Virus record (IMG/VR): IMGVR_UViG_2833096052_000002
Span: 102,750 to 166,749 of that record
Reading direction: 5' to 3' (one strand)
Length of the DNA stretch: 64,000 nt
Source of the DNA: a virus
Lineage: Duplodnaviria; Heunggongvirae; Uroviricota; Caudoviricetes
Shown here one piece after another: positions 19,996 through 30,387 of this stretch; position 1 is the stretch's first letter; each line of letters opens with the position of its first letter. The notes under the pieces were generated by a model that worked only from the letters and a program-made list of their open reading frames with translations, was not told the DNA's origin and searched no databases. The position numbers were made by a program, and so were the translations under genes.

Positions 19996-20960
19996 AAAGA
20001 TTAGGTTGCGCCTTTACAGGCATATTGGATGGTGGCATTCAATAGCGTAAAACCTATGTCAACGTAAACCGACATTAATTTCCTAATCTTTTTTGCTTTT
20101 AAATGGAGAATAATTATAAGCCGAATGCTCTGAAGCCATAAGAACTCAACAAGGCTCTGTGAAAATCAGACGGACAGGTAGACTGATAGCACTACTGAGT
20201 TGCGAACCTCACCAAAATCGTATTATGTAGAGGTTACGAAGCCTGTAAAAAATCACATAACTAACATAGTAGAATGATACTAGGTATTATTCATTTTATA
20301 AGTGAGCTGTCACTGACCGATATGTGACATAAATATAAAGGTCGGTTTGCGAAATTATTGACCTTTGGAATGGTCTAAAACTTCCCACTGCTACTGCTTA
20401 TTGGCGGTGTTATGGAGAGGTCTTGCCTTAGTAGACGATTAACAAATGCGGTTGCCACCACCGTTAAGTGTGGAACGATGAAGTTTGGTGTACCTCTATC
20501 AAAGACGTTGAAACGAGGAATAGCCGACACGATGCATTTCGCCAAATAAACAAATAAGACAGAGTAAGGAATCTTGAAGTCGGCAATCTTATCCTACCAT
20601 CACCACGGATAATCGGTTTCTTCCAACATGGAATGGTGTCCGTGCTTCTCTGCGTTAGTGAGAACCTTTAATAAGTAAAACACAACTTCTATTAGTCGTT
20701 TTGTAAGGTATGGATTTATCGCTAAATTCGTATCTGATTTTTTGAGATAGAAATAGCGAATGACTGCTTGGCGGTCTGTCGGATAAAAGACATTAAACAT
20801 TATCAAGTGATGGAACGTAGCGTATCTATTCTTAAATGTACCATCTAAAAAACGTGATACGCACAAAATAAGCAAGAATGGAAATTACAGTATGTGTTTT
20901 TATTCTAAATAACTGGATGTGTACAGTCCAATATCAGCTAGTTAGTGCTTTATGTTGATT
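19996..20960 (+). ncRNA. Candidate structured ncRNA region preceding the tRNA array
   Basis: About 960 nt with no credible plus-strand ORF; multibranch AAAGATTAGG/CCTAATCTTT element at 19996-20091 and many hairpins downstream. Confidence 0.4.
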
Positions 20961-20964
20961 TTAA

Positions 20965-21036
20965 TGACTCGTAGCTCAATGGTAGAGCACTCGACTGTTA
21001 ATCGAGGCGTTGTGGGTTCAAGTCCCACCGAGTCAG
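20965..21036 (+). tRNA. tRNA-Asn(GTT)
   Basis: TGACTCG/CGAGTCA acceptor, CTGTTAA loop, TTCAAGT T-loop. Confidence 0.9.
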
Positions 21037-21040
21037 TTAT

Positions 21041-21112
21041 GGCTCTATAGTATAAAGGTAATTATACCCGACTGTCTATCGGAAGATTTGGATTCGATTC
21101 CCAATAGAGTCG
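21041..21112 (+). tRNA. tRNA-Asp(GTC), atypical
   Basis: GGCTCTA/TAGAGTC acceptor, loop CTGTCTA (T at position 37), A.C mismatch at 53:61. Confidence 0.72.
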
Positions 21113-21117
21113 TTTAT

Positions 21118-21189
21118 GGGACGTTGGACAAATGGCTAAGTTACAGCCCTTTCACGGCTGCGATGCGAGTTCGATCCTCGCACGTCCTA
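21118..21189 (+). tRNA. tRNA-Glu(TTC)
   Basis: GGGACGT/ACGTCCT acceptor, CAGCC-CTTTCAC-GGCTG arm. Confidence 0.88.
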
Positions 21190-21409
21190 TTTTATGCGGT
21201 AAACCTGAAGCCAAAACCTATTTTTTGGATGCATACAAAATTTAGGTGTGTAAGTTCATCACTTGCTACCGCCCTATCAAATTATCCGTAGGCAACAACT
21301 ACGCAGATCATTCTGATAAAGTCGTAATGAAAATAGTTTCATTTAGTTTAGAGAAAGATAATTTTTAAAGAAAGAGTCATTTCCTTTGGAGGTGGCTCTT
21401 TTATTATAT

Positions 21410-21483
21410 ATGTCCTTAGTTTAATTGGTTAGAATATCAGACTCCAAATCTGAGAGATGTGGGTTCGACTCCTACAGGGCGTG
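21410..21483 (+). tRNA. tRNA-Trp(CCA)
   Basis: TCAGA-CTCCAAA-TCTGA arm, TTCGACT T-loop, G.U-rich acceptor. Confidence 0.82.
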
Positions 21484-21851
21484 TTTGTGTCAACTAAGAT
21501 ATGTGCACATTCTTAGACTATACTGGTGTATAGGTGGCACTGAAACTGTGACGACAGTTGACTTGTTTATATGGTTCAAATCCATTCGCCTTATATATGA
21601 AAGAAATGAATGCGCAGATTTTAAGTATTATATAAGGTCAGGCGTTGGTATAAGCGAGGTTCGATTCCTCTACTCAAGTCTTGAAATGAAGTGAATTGCA
21701 CATTCATTGGAAATTTAATATTGGAAATTATGAGAAGTCATTTTGTATGAAGTGGCTTCTTTTGTGTTGTGATGGAATTAAAAAAGAGAATAAATATATA
21801 GCCAACTATGAGAGGATTGTTACTGTTTCGATTGCAGATAGTTGGATTATG

Positions 21852-21954
21852 GAGTGAGAAGCTGAAGAAGTCATGAGCTTCAGTATAGTAGATACTCGCA
21901 CTACTCTCTCACTCTATTTTAATTGGTTTTGCGAGTGGAAAGCGAGAAAATGTT
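21852..21954 (+). promoter_or_regulatory. Structured 5' leader, copy 2 (same architecture, different sequence)
   Basis: GAGTGAGA/TCTCACTC outer stem; loop ACTCGC complementary to GCGAGT...GCGAG before the ATG. Confidence 0.55.
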
Positions 21955-23283
21955 ATGAATGGAATACCAAATGATCCAAAAGAATTTTTGGAACGAGTTA
22001 ATAAAATTAGTCCAGAATTTGAAATAACTGGAAATTATACAAAATTATCAGAAACATATTTACATTGCAAATGTAAAAAATGTGGACATAAAAGAAATTA
22101 TTCTGCAAAAACTTTATTGAAAACCCAACATTGCAGATATTGTGAAAGAATGAAAAGGTATGATGGCATATTTAATATATCTGATAATGAATTTAAGAAA
22201 AGAGTCCAGTCAAAATATCCAGATTTAAATATTACTGGTACATATAAACATGGACAAAAAGAAATTACATGTATTTGTAAAAAATGCGGATATAAAAATA
22301 GAATAAGAACATTATCATTATTAAATGGTTCATATAAATGTACAATCTGTGAAAATGGAAAAGAAAATATTCAAATAGGTGTGAATGATATAAAGTCTAT
22401 TAATCCTGTCTTATATGATTGTCTTGTTGATAAATCTATCAATGAAAAATTCACAATAAACAGTAGAAATAAAACAGATTTTATTTGTCCTTCTTGTGGT
22501 CAAATAATTAAGAATAAGACAATAGATCATGTTAATAAACGAGGTCTTAAATGTAAATGTCAAGATGGCAATAGTCTTGGTGAGAAATATTTATATCAGG
22601 TGTTGAAATCTGTTGATATAAATATAGAATCTGAGAAATATCTGAATAATAATTATTCTTACAGATATGATTTTTATGGTAATTATAACGACATTGAATG
22701 GATATGTGAATTGAATGGTAAACAGCATTATGAAAAATCATTTCACACATTAGGTGGAAGAACCTTAGAAGAAGAAACCAAAAATGATAAAGAAAAACAA
22801 AAATATGCTTTGGAACAAGGCATTAATAGATATATCGTAATTAATTCAAAAGAATCTGGTTTTAATCAATTAAAAGACGCTATCATCAATAGCGATTTAT
22901 CAAAAATATATGATTTTTCAAATGTTAATTGGGTTGAATGTTATAGGCAATCATTAATTTCTGATGTTTTTAAAATTGCTGATTTATGGAATAATGGTTA
23001 TAAAGTAATGCAGATATGCGATATAACAGGACTTGCTAAAAATACGGTAAGAATGTTTCTTACTAGAGCCAATGATATCGGATATTGCAAATACGATCAT
23101 ACGCAAAGTACAAGAAAATATGTCAAATGCATTGAAACAGGCGAAATATTTAAATCTTTGAGAGATGCTGAAAGAAAATATAATATAAAACGAGGATATT
23201 TGTCTAGTTGGCTAAAAGGGAGACATACTCTTTCTGTTGCAAATTATACATGGGAATATATTGAAGAAGAGTCGGTTGCTTAA
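21955..23283 (+). CDS. Homing-endonuclease-like protein: Zn-ribbon repeats, DUF559/Vsr-like nuclease, NUMOD1-like C-terminus
   Basis: Multiple CxxC pairs; YRYDFY...CELNGKQHY; C-terminal VKCIETGEIFKSLRDAER. Confidence 0.72.
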   Translation: MNGIPNDPKEFLERVNKISPEFEITGNYTKLSETYLHCKCKKCGHKRNYSAKTLLKTQHCRYCERMKRYDGIFNISDNEFKKRVQSKYPDLNITGTYKHGQKEITCICKKCGYKNRIRTLSLLNGSYKCTICENGKENIQIGVNDIKSINPVLYDCLVDKSINEKFTINSRNKTDFICPSCGQIIKNKTIDHVNKRGLKCKCQDGNSLGEKYLYQVLKSVDINIESEKYLNNNYSYRYDFYGNYNDIEWICELNGKQHYEKSFHTLGGRTLEEETKNDKEKQKYALEQGINRYIVINSKESGFNQLKDAIINSDLSKIYDFSNVNWVECYRQSLISDVFKIADLWNNGYKVMQICDITGLAKNTVRMFLTRANDIGYCKYDHTQSTRKYVKCIETGEIFKSLRDAERKYNIKRGYLSSWLKGRHTLSVANYTWEYIEEESVA

Positions 23284-23294
23284 TCGGCTCTTTT
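23267..23294 (+). terminator. Intrinsic terminator overlapping the nuclease stop codon
   Basis: AAGAGTCGGTT/AATCGGCTCTT stem followed by Ts. Confidence 0.6.
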
Positions 23295-23329
23295 ATTTAT
23301 ATTGGAATGAAAAGAAAGAAGGTGAAATA

Positions 23330-24388
23330 ATGGCTAATTTAAGACAAGCGAAAACAGATGATGAAATTAAAAAGCTAACTGTAAATTCGGTAAAATCGGC
23401 TTACCATGAATTAGCTTTAGACTACAATCATCTTCTTAATTTGGATTATGTATATTGTCCTCATTGTGGAAAATGGAAAACTGTAAAGGCATTTTATTCA
23501 TCTACAGAGACAGCAAGTGGAATTGAACATTTTGCATGTAAAGAATGTTTAATAGATATGTGTACTGATAAAGATAAAGATGGAAATCGAATAGACAATA
23601 AACAAAAAACTATAAATACGTTTAGAAGACTTGATTGGGTGTTTATTGATTCTGATTATGAGTCACAAATTAATACATTAGCTGAAGGTGTTGGTGAAAA
23701 AAATCGTGCCACGGCAGCACAACAATATATTGTTATGGTTAAATCGCTACCACAATATAAAAATAAACATTGGTGCGATTCAGAATTAAGTGTTGAAGAT
23801 GATATAGAGAATAATTCTGAAGATGTAAAAATCGTACAAAAAACATTACGTGCAGCAAAAAAGAGATTTGGTACGGATTATAACAATGAAGAACTGATGT
23901 TCCTTGAGAATGAGTATCAAGACTGGATTTCGAGATATGACTGCTCCCAAAAGGCGCAAGAAGAAACATTTCAGAATTTGTCAATATTAAAACTTATGAA
24001 ACGAAATGCAATTAAAAAAGGGGCTTCTACAAAAGATTTAGATTACTCATATCAGCAATGGCTTGATACAGGTAATTTAAAGCCAAAACAAAATACTCTT
24101 GATACGTTTTCAGACGCTCAAACGATGGGTACATTAATTCAGAAATATGAGGAAACACGCCCTCTTCCTGATATAGATCCAGAACTTGCAGATGTTGATA
24201 AAATTGGTACTTACATAGATGCTTTTTATAGAGGTCACGCATCAAAAATGCTTGGTCTGAAAAACAGATTTTCAAATATATATGAACGAGTAATGGCAAA
24301 ATATACTGTTAATCCACCATCTTATGATGAGGAATCAGATAGTGAAATTCTATTTGATAAGATTTTTGGTAGCAAGGATGATGAATAA
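23330..24388 (+). CDS. Probable terminase small subunit-like protein
   Basis: Directly upstream of the large terminase; two CxxC; start at ATG 23330 after an RBS. Confidence 0.5.
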   Translation: MANLRQAKTDDEIKKLTVNSVKSAYHELALDYNHLLNLDYVYCPHCGKWKTVKAFYSSTETASGIEHFACKECLIDMCTDKDKDGNRIDNKQKTINTFRRLDWVFIDSDYESQINTLAEGVGEKNRATAAQQYIVMVKSLPQYKNKHWCDSELSVEDDIENNSEDVKIVQKTLRAAKKRFGTDYNNEELMFLENEYQDWISRYDCSQKAQEETFQNLSILKLMKRNAIKKGASTKDLDYSYQQWLDTGNLKPKQNTLDTFSDAQTMGTLIQKYEETRPLPDIDPELADVDKIGTYIDAFYRGHASKMLGLKNRFSNIYERVMAKYTVNPPSYDEESDSEILFDKIFGSKDDE

Positions 24389-24390
24389 TT

Positions 24391-26166
24391 ATGGCTACCA
24401 CAAAGAAAGAAAAGAAAAAGTCATTACAAGAAGTATATCAAGAAAAATCCGAGCGTGTTTTAGAAGGGGTTGCTTATTGGGCTTCATTCTATAGAAAAAA
24501 TCCACAGCGGTTTGTACTCGAATATCTAAATGTGAAATTAAAGCTGTTTCAAAAAATCTTAATATACATGATGATGGTTAGTACAAACTTTATGTATATT
24601 GCTAGTCGTGGTTCTGGTAAGACATGGCTAACTTCTTTGTATTGTGTTGTACGCTGTATCTTGTATCCTGGAACAAAAATCTGTGTTGCTTCTGGGTACA
24701 AATCTCAATCACTAGAGGTCATTCAAAAGATAAATGATGACTTTATGAAAAACTATGGATGGGGTTCCGCAAATCTCCGATCTGAAATTTCTGAAATTTC
24801 TACTTCTATAAACAATGCTCATGTTGTTTTTCGAAATGGTAGTTGGATAAAAATTGTTAGTTCTAATGACTCGGCTCGCCATAACCGAGCAACGCTTATA
24901 GTCGTGGACGAATTCAGAATGGTTGATTTAAATACAATCAATACCGTTCTTCGTAAATTCTTAACTGCACCACGTTCACCTGGTTATCTTAATAATCCAA
25001 AATATGCTCATCTTCAGGAGCGTAACATTGAGATGTATATGTCATCTGCGTGGTACAAGTCTCATTGGAGCTTCGAGAAATTAAAAGCTTACTATGCAAA
25101 TATGCTTGATGATACTAAGCGTTACTTCTGCGTTGGATTACCATATCAATGTGCCATACGAGAAGGTTTATTGTCTCGTGAACAGGTCGAGGATGAAATG
25201 TCTGAGGCAGACTTTGATCCTACTGCATTTAAAATGGAAATGGGTGCTGAATGGTATGGTGACACTGATGGTGCTTTTTTTAAATTCGATGATATATCTC
25301 CAAGAAGAAAAATCAGAAATTCTTTTTATCCTCTTGAAATTTATAAAAATCATCAAATTAAAATTCCAGAATTAGTTCCAAATGAAAAACGAATATTATC
25401 TGTCGATGTAGCTTTACTTGCAAGCAAACGGCATAATAATGACGCTGCCGCATTAATAATTAATTCGGCTATTCCAACTGAAAAAAATGATTATATATCA
25501 AATATCGTATATGTAGAAACTCATGAAGGAATGACAACAGATGAACTAGGTATTCTTGTTATGAGATTATTTTATCAATTTAATTGTACTGATTTAGTAT
25601 TAGATACCAATGGTCAAGGTATTGGAGTTTATGATTTTATAATTAAACCTCAATATGATGCTGAATATGGCATTACATATGAAGCGATGACTTGTATTAA
25701 CGATGATAATATGGCTGATAGATGTAAAATCAGAAATGCTAATAAAGTTATATGGTCTATTAAAGCCACAGCAGATTTTAACACAAAAGCTGCGATTGCT
25801 TTACGAGCAGGGTTTCAAAATGGCTCGATTAATTTACTTACTTCTGAATTTGAAGCTGAAGAGTTAGTTAAAAAGATTCGTGGATATACAAAAATGACAA
25901 GTAAAGAACAAGCCATGTTAAAATTACCATATTTACAAACTTCGCTTATGGTAAATGAATTAATAAATCTTGACCATGAAATAAAAGGTACAAATATAAA
26001 AATTATTGAAAAGCCTGGTATGCGTAAGGATCGTTTCTCGGCATTAGAATATAATTTTAAAATCACTCAAGATTTGAGCATAAAATTAAAACCTAAAAAC
26101 CAATCCCCATCCGACATAACAAAGTTCTTCTCAATAAGAGCACCAAAGAAAGTAACAAGATTTTAA
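24391..26166 (+). CDS. terL: Terminase large subunit
   Basis: Walker A ASRGSGKT, Walker B LIVVDEF, nuclease motif LSVDVA. Confidence 0.92.
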   Translation: MATTKKEKKKSLQEVYQEKSERVLEGVAYWASFYRKNPQRFVLEYLNVKLKLFQKILIYMMMVSTNFMYIASRGSGKTWLTSLYCVVRCILYPGTKICVASGYKSQSLEVIQKINDDFMKNYGWGSANLRSEISEISTSINNAHVVFRNGSWIKIVSSNDSARHNRATLIVVDEFRMVDLNTINTVLRKFLTAPRSPGYLNNPKYAHLQERNIEMYMSSAWYKSHWSFEKLKAYYANMLDDTKRYFCVGLPYQCAIREGLLSREQVEDEMSEADFDPTAFKMEMGAEWYGDTDGAFFKFDDISPRRKIRNSFYPLEIYKNHQIKIPELVPNEKRILSVDVALLASKRHNNDAAALIINSAIPTEKNDYISNIVYVETHEGMTTDELGILVMRLFYQFNCTDLVLDTNGQGIGVYDFIIKPQYDAEYGITYEAMTCINDDNMADRCKIRNANKVIWSIKATADFNTKAAIALRAGFQNGSINLLTSEFEAEELVKKIRGYTKMTSKEQAMLKLPYLQTSLMVNELINLDHEIKGTNIKIIEKPGMRKDRFSALEYNFKITQDLSIKLKPKNQSPSDITKFFSIRAPKKVTRF

Positions 26167-26188
26167 GAAAGGAGGTATATCATATAAT

Positions 26189-27763
26189 TTGAGTAATACA
26201 AAAAACACAAAACAGCCTATAGTACAAAAGGTCTATACAAAAACTGACGAGTCTGGTTATGAAGTAGAACGAAAACGAGCGCAAAAAATAAATTTTGCTA
26301 AGTTTCAGGAATTGTTGCAGAGGAATGTAGGTAAAACTTTTACAAAAACATTTACTACTTATACCAAAGAATTACTTCGAAATTATATCAGCTCGCCAAA
26401 TAACAGTCAGGATAATCTTAGAGAAATATCACGATTCTTGTGTAGATATTCAATGCTTTATAAGAAACTTCTTATGTATTATCCGTCAATGCCTCTTTTC
26501 TATTATAATATCACTCAGTTAAATGATTTCACAAAAGAAATTGATTCAACTAAATCCATTAAAAATTATCAGAACTTATTAAAAAACTTCTGTAAGTTCG
26601 AATTAGCTAAAGATTCATATTCACAAATGTATATGGCTTTAAGAGATGGATTCACTGTTTGGGAATTATACGATTCTGATAAAGACGGAAAAATATGGAT
26701 GCCATTAGATGTTCAATATTGTCGTATTTATGGCAAGACACAAGATAATCAGTGGATTGTTTATTTTGATGCTGCTTATTTTGATAAGAATGATAATAAA
26801 AACTATATCTATGGTGTAAATAATGATGGAGTTGGTACATGGTCTGAACAGCATATTAAAGGATATGAAGATTATAAAAACAATGGTCGTGATTATGAAT
26901 GGTATAGACTAGATCCTAATTCTGTATTTTGTTTAACTGCGTGTCCAGATGATGAGTTCTATGCTCCTCTTCCATTTTTTCTGCCCTTATTTGAGCTGAT
27001 ACTTGATGATATTGATTTACAGGAGCTTATTAATAATCGTACAGCACTTGAAAATTATGTACTTCTTGTAAGTAAAATCCCAACTGTTCCTAATTCTGAA
27101 AATGTCGATGATTTCTCGTTAAGTCTTGAACTTGTTCAACAAATGCAAGCACTTATTGATGAAGTTGTCCCTGAATTGGTCGGCACTGCATACAGTCCGA
27201 TGGATTTGGAAATGATTACATTCCCTAAGTCAAATACAACCGAAGCAAACAATGAATTAGCCCAGTCTGTTCAGAATATTTTTGCAAATGCAGGTGCTTC
27301 TCAGCTTGTTATTAGTGGTGGCTCAAGTACAAATTCGGTTGGACTTAAACATGCTATTCAAAATGATATAAGTACATGTTGGGTTTTAGTTAATAAAATT
27401 GAATCTTGGTATAATCATTATATTAAAAATGTTCTATCTGATGGATATTCGTTTAAGATACATAAAATTACTTGGTATAACCAAGAAGAATATCAGTCTG
27501 CCATGAAAGATGCTGCCACTCTTGGTGGTTCAGCTCTCGATTATCTCACAAGTCTTATGGGAAATCCTTATGAAGCTTATTGTAAATTAACCTTTGAAAA
27601 TGCAATTGGAATTAAGAATTTAATGATTCCACTTCAGACTTCATTTACACAATCTAATAAAAAGGATTCTGGTGGACAAATCAAGAATGATGATGATTTG
27701 TCAGACAGCGGCATAGAAACTAGGGATAACGACAAAAATGCTGGTACTTCAGCAAATAATTAG
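26189..27763 (+). CDS. Portal protein
   Basis: 524 aa directly after terL; SPbeta YonE-like position and size. Confidence 0.8.
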   Translation: MSNTKNTKQPIVQKVYTKTDESGYEVERKRAQKINFAKFQELLQRNVGKTFTKTFTTYTKELLRNYISSPNNSQDNLREISRFLCRYSMLYKKLLMYYPSMPLFYYNITQLNDFTKEIDSTKSIKNYQNLLKNFCKFELAKDSYSQMYMALRDGFTVWELYDSDKDGKIWMPLDVQYCRIYGKTQDNQWIVYFDAAYFDKNDNKNYIYGVNNDGVGTWSEQHIKGYEDYKNNGRDYEWYRLDPNSVFCLTACPDDEFYAPLPFFLPLFELILDDIDLQELINNRTALENYVLLVSKIPTVPNSENVDDFSLSLELVQQMQALIDEVVPELVGTAYSPMDLEMITFPKSNTTEANNELAQSVQNIFANAGASQLVISGGSSTNSVGLKHAIQNDISTCWVLVNKIESWYNHYIKNVLSDGYSFKIHKITWYNQEEYQSAMKDAATLGGSALDYLTSLMGNPYEAYCKLTFENAIGIKNLMIPLQTSFTQSNKKDSGGQIKNDDDLSDSGIETRDNDKNAGTSANN

Positions 27764-27769
27764 TTTGAG

Positions 27770-27964
27770 GTGACACACATGAAAAACGATTCTCAATTTC
27801 TATTCACCTCGGATGAGGTAACAAAAAATAATCTAACAAAATTAGGATTCTCAGAAATTCCATCTGGGGGTTCTTTTTTTATATTTATTAATGATTCAAC
27901 TTTAAAATTCGATGACACTATTCCAGTAGATAAAATCGGATTTACAAATAAGTTGATGTTTTAA
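27770..27964 (+). CDS. Small hypothetical protein
   Basis: GAGGTG RBS, in operon. Confidence 0.55.
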   Translation: MTHMKNDSQFLFTSDEVTKNNLTKLGFSEIPSGGSFFIFINDSTLKFDDTIPVDKIGFTNKLMF

Positions 27965-27976
27965 ATCACTCCCTCT

Positions 27977-29692
27977 TTGGGAGAATTTCACAGAAGGGAG
28001 GTAAAAATACAATTGAATAAAAAACTTCTTACTTTAGAAGATCTTTATAGTTTCTATAGTCAGAAAAAAAAGTCAATGACATTTAGTGCAGATAAGTCTG
28101 GATATAATATAGCAGTTCAGTCTTTGGCAACATTTGAGTTAAATGATGACTTATCAGAAGGATTGCTTTATGGAAAAATTAGGGCATTTCACGATTTAAC
28201 AAACAACAATAAGTCTCATATAGAGACAGATGTTCTTGAAGAAAAAATGATGTCAATTAAAGATCGTCCAGTTATGGCAGATATTGTAGATACGGACGAA
28301 ACCGATGAAGACGGAAACCCTATCAAAGATTTTTCAGGTCATACAATGTATTATGACGAAGCATTGGACAAGATGATATATAAGGAAATTCCTATTGGTC
28401 ATTTTATTCATCCTGAAAGCATTCATCTTGAATATGATGAAGAATATGATAGAAATTTCGTGTGCGCAGATGTTGTAGTGTACGAGGAGTACACAGACGC
28501 TTGTGATATATTGCGTAGACGCAAAACAGTTGACTGTTCAGTTGAGCTTTGTATTCGTAAGATGCATTGGGATAATACTGATAAAACACTTCATCTTGAC
28601 GATTTTTATGTACAAGGAACAACACTTCTTGGATCTCATACCCTACCAGGTATGTCTGGTAGTAAGTTATCCATTAAAGATTTTTCTGAAGAAAACAATT
28701 CTTTATTCTCTTCTATTTCAGAAGATGAACACTCTAAATTAATTGAAACTCTGGATAATCTTAACAAAACTTTATCCAGTCTCAATATAAATTCAAAAAC
28801 TAATCCAACAGTTGAAAAATTTGAGAAAGGAGGAAGTACAGAAACCAACATGACAAAATTTGAAGAATTACTGGGAAAATACAATAAAACTGTAGAAGAT
28901 ATTACTTTCGAGTATGAAGGTTTATCTGATGAGGAGCTTGAGGAAGTATTCTCTACTACCTTTGGTGAATCAGAGCCTACACCTGACACAGTTTTAACAG
29001 AGTCAGATAAGTCAGATGACGATACTGATGACGACACAGACGATAGTACTACAGATGAGCCAGACGACACCACAGATGATGATAAGGACAAAGATACATA
29101 TTCTAAGACTTTTGAATTATCACACGAAGATGTACGTTCTGCATTATATCAGCTCTTAGCTCCAATCGAGGAGACATTAAATGAGTATTACTGGATTATG
29201 TCTGTATATGATGATTATTTTATTTATGAGTCTTGCTGTGGAAATTACTACAAACAGGCTTACACAAAAGAAAATGATACTATTGCTTTTGATGGCGAAC
29301 GTCAGGAGTTATTTGCTGAGTTTGTAACTGCCGATGAGAAAGCCGAGTTAGAAGATATGAGAGCTAATTACTCTTCTATTTCTGAAAAGCTTGCTAGATA
29401 TGAAGAGGCAGAGGAAATCGCAGATAAGATGACTGTTTTCGAAGATCAAGCATATAGCAAATATCTTGAGACGGATGAGTTTAAGCAACTCATGAACGTT
29501 GAAAATGTAAAGAAATTCACAAAGGATGAGTTAGTTGAGAAAGCAGACGCAGCCCTTGGTAAGGTAGTAAAAACTACAAAAACATTCTCTATGGATACAG
29601 AGGAATCACATAAGGAGACAAAGCCTTCTTTCTTCGCATTTGCTAGAACCGAGCATGAATCATCATTCTTAGATGGATTACTTAAGAAATAA
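27977..29692 (+). CDS. Prohead protease/scaffold-like protein (YonD-like)
   Basis: Between portal and capsid genes; acidic D/T-rich linker and helical C-terminal half. Confidence 0.65.
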   Translation: MGEFHRREVKIQLNKKLLTLEDLYSFYSQKKKSMTFSADKSGYNIAVQSLATFELNDDLSEGLLYGKIRAFHDLTNNNKSHIETDVLEEKMMSIKDRPVMADIVDTDETDEDGNPIKDFSGHTMYYDEALDKMIYKEIPIGHFIHPESIHLEYDEEYDRNFVCADVVVYEEYTDACDILRRRKTVDCSVELCIRKMHWDNTDKTLHLDDFYVQGTTLLGSHTLPGMSGSKLSIKDFSEENNSLFSSISEDEHSKLIETLDNLNKTLSSLNINSKTNPTVEKFEKGGSTETNMTKFEELLGKYNKTVEDITFEYEGLSDEELEEVFSTTFGESEPTPDTVLTESDKSDDDTDDDTDDSTTDEPDDTTDDDKDKDTYSKTFELSHEDVRSALYQLLAPIEETLNEYYWIMSVYDDYFIYESCCGNYYKQAYTKENDTIAFDGERQELFAEFVTADEKAELEDMRANYSSISEKLARYEEAEEIADKMTVFEDQAYSKYLETDEFKQLMNVENVKKFTKDELVEKADAALGKVVKTTKTFSMDTEESHKETKPSFFAFARTEHESSFLDGLLKK

Positions 29693-29779
29693 TTAAAAAT
29701 GAATATTAACAAATCAATCGGAACGTCAATAGACGTTCTTTTTTATTGAAAAAATTTATTAAACAAGGAGGAAATTTAA

Positions 29780-30367
29780 ATGGCAATTTTTACTAATTTA
29801 GTTGCAAAAGAGCAGAAGCTTCATGGACTGTTCGAGTCTAGTCAGCTTTTAGCAACAGACGTAGGAAATATTTATGACGCACTTGTAAGAGACGAAAGCA
29901 ATAACCCTATTTCAGTAGACAATGGTGTTGCTTTAAAGATCGGAGACTACTCAGGCAATGGTCTTGAGGAAAGGTATGCAACTATTGCAAAAATTACAGA
30001 CAAGATTGCTGTAACAGGCGCACCAGCAGAGGTTAAGACAGCACTTACAATTGAGCAGGGACAGGCTTATAACTACACAAACCCAGCAGGCAAGCCAGTA
30101 AAGACATATCAGATTGCTGATCCATCTGTACATATAGATATCTTTGGTATTGCTTCTTATCAGTTCACAGATGATAGTGCAGAAAAAGTTAAGGTTGGAA
30201 ATCTTGTAACAGTTGATGGTAAGGGTGCGTGGTTAGCTTCTGAGGCTACTGATCTTGCTACTCTTCAGGGTACTAATGGTTTCATTGGAAAGATTCACAG
30301 TCTTTCAGTAGGTACATATTACACAATCGTTCGTATTCAGGTTCTTCAGAACAAGGATATTGCGTAA
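29780..30367 (+). CDS. Head decoration/capsid-stabilising protein
   Basis: Directly upstream of the major capsid gene; highly expressed codon usage. Confidence 0.6.
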   Translation: MAIFTNLVAKEQKLHGLFESSQLLATDVGNIYDALVRDESNNPISVDNGVALKIGDYSGNGLEERYATIAKITDKIAVTGAPAEVKTALTIEQGQAYNYTNPAGKPVKTYQIADPSVHIDIFGIASYQFTDDSAEKVKVGNLVTVDGKGAWLASEATDLATLQGTNGFIGKIHSLSVGTYYTIVRIQVLQNKDIA

Positions 30368-30387
30368 GAGAAGGGAGGATTAAATAG

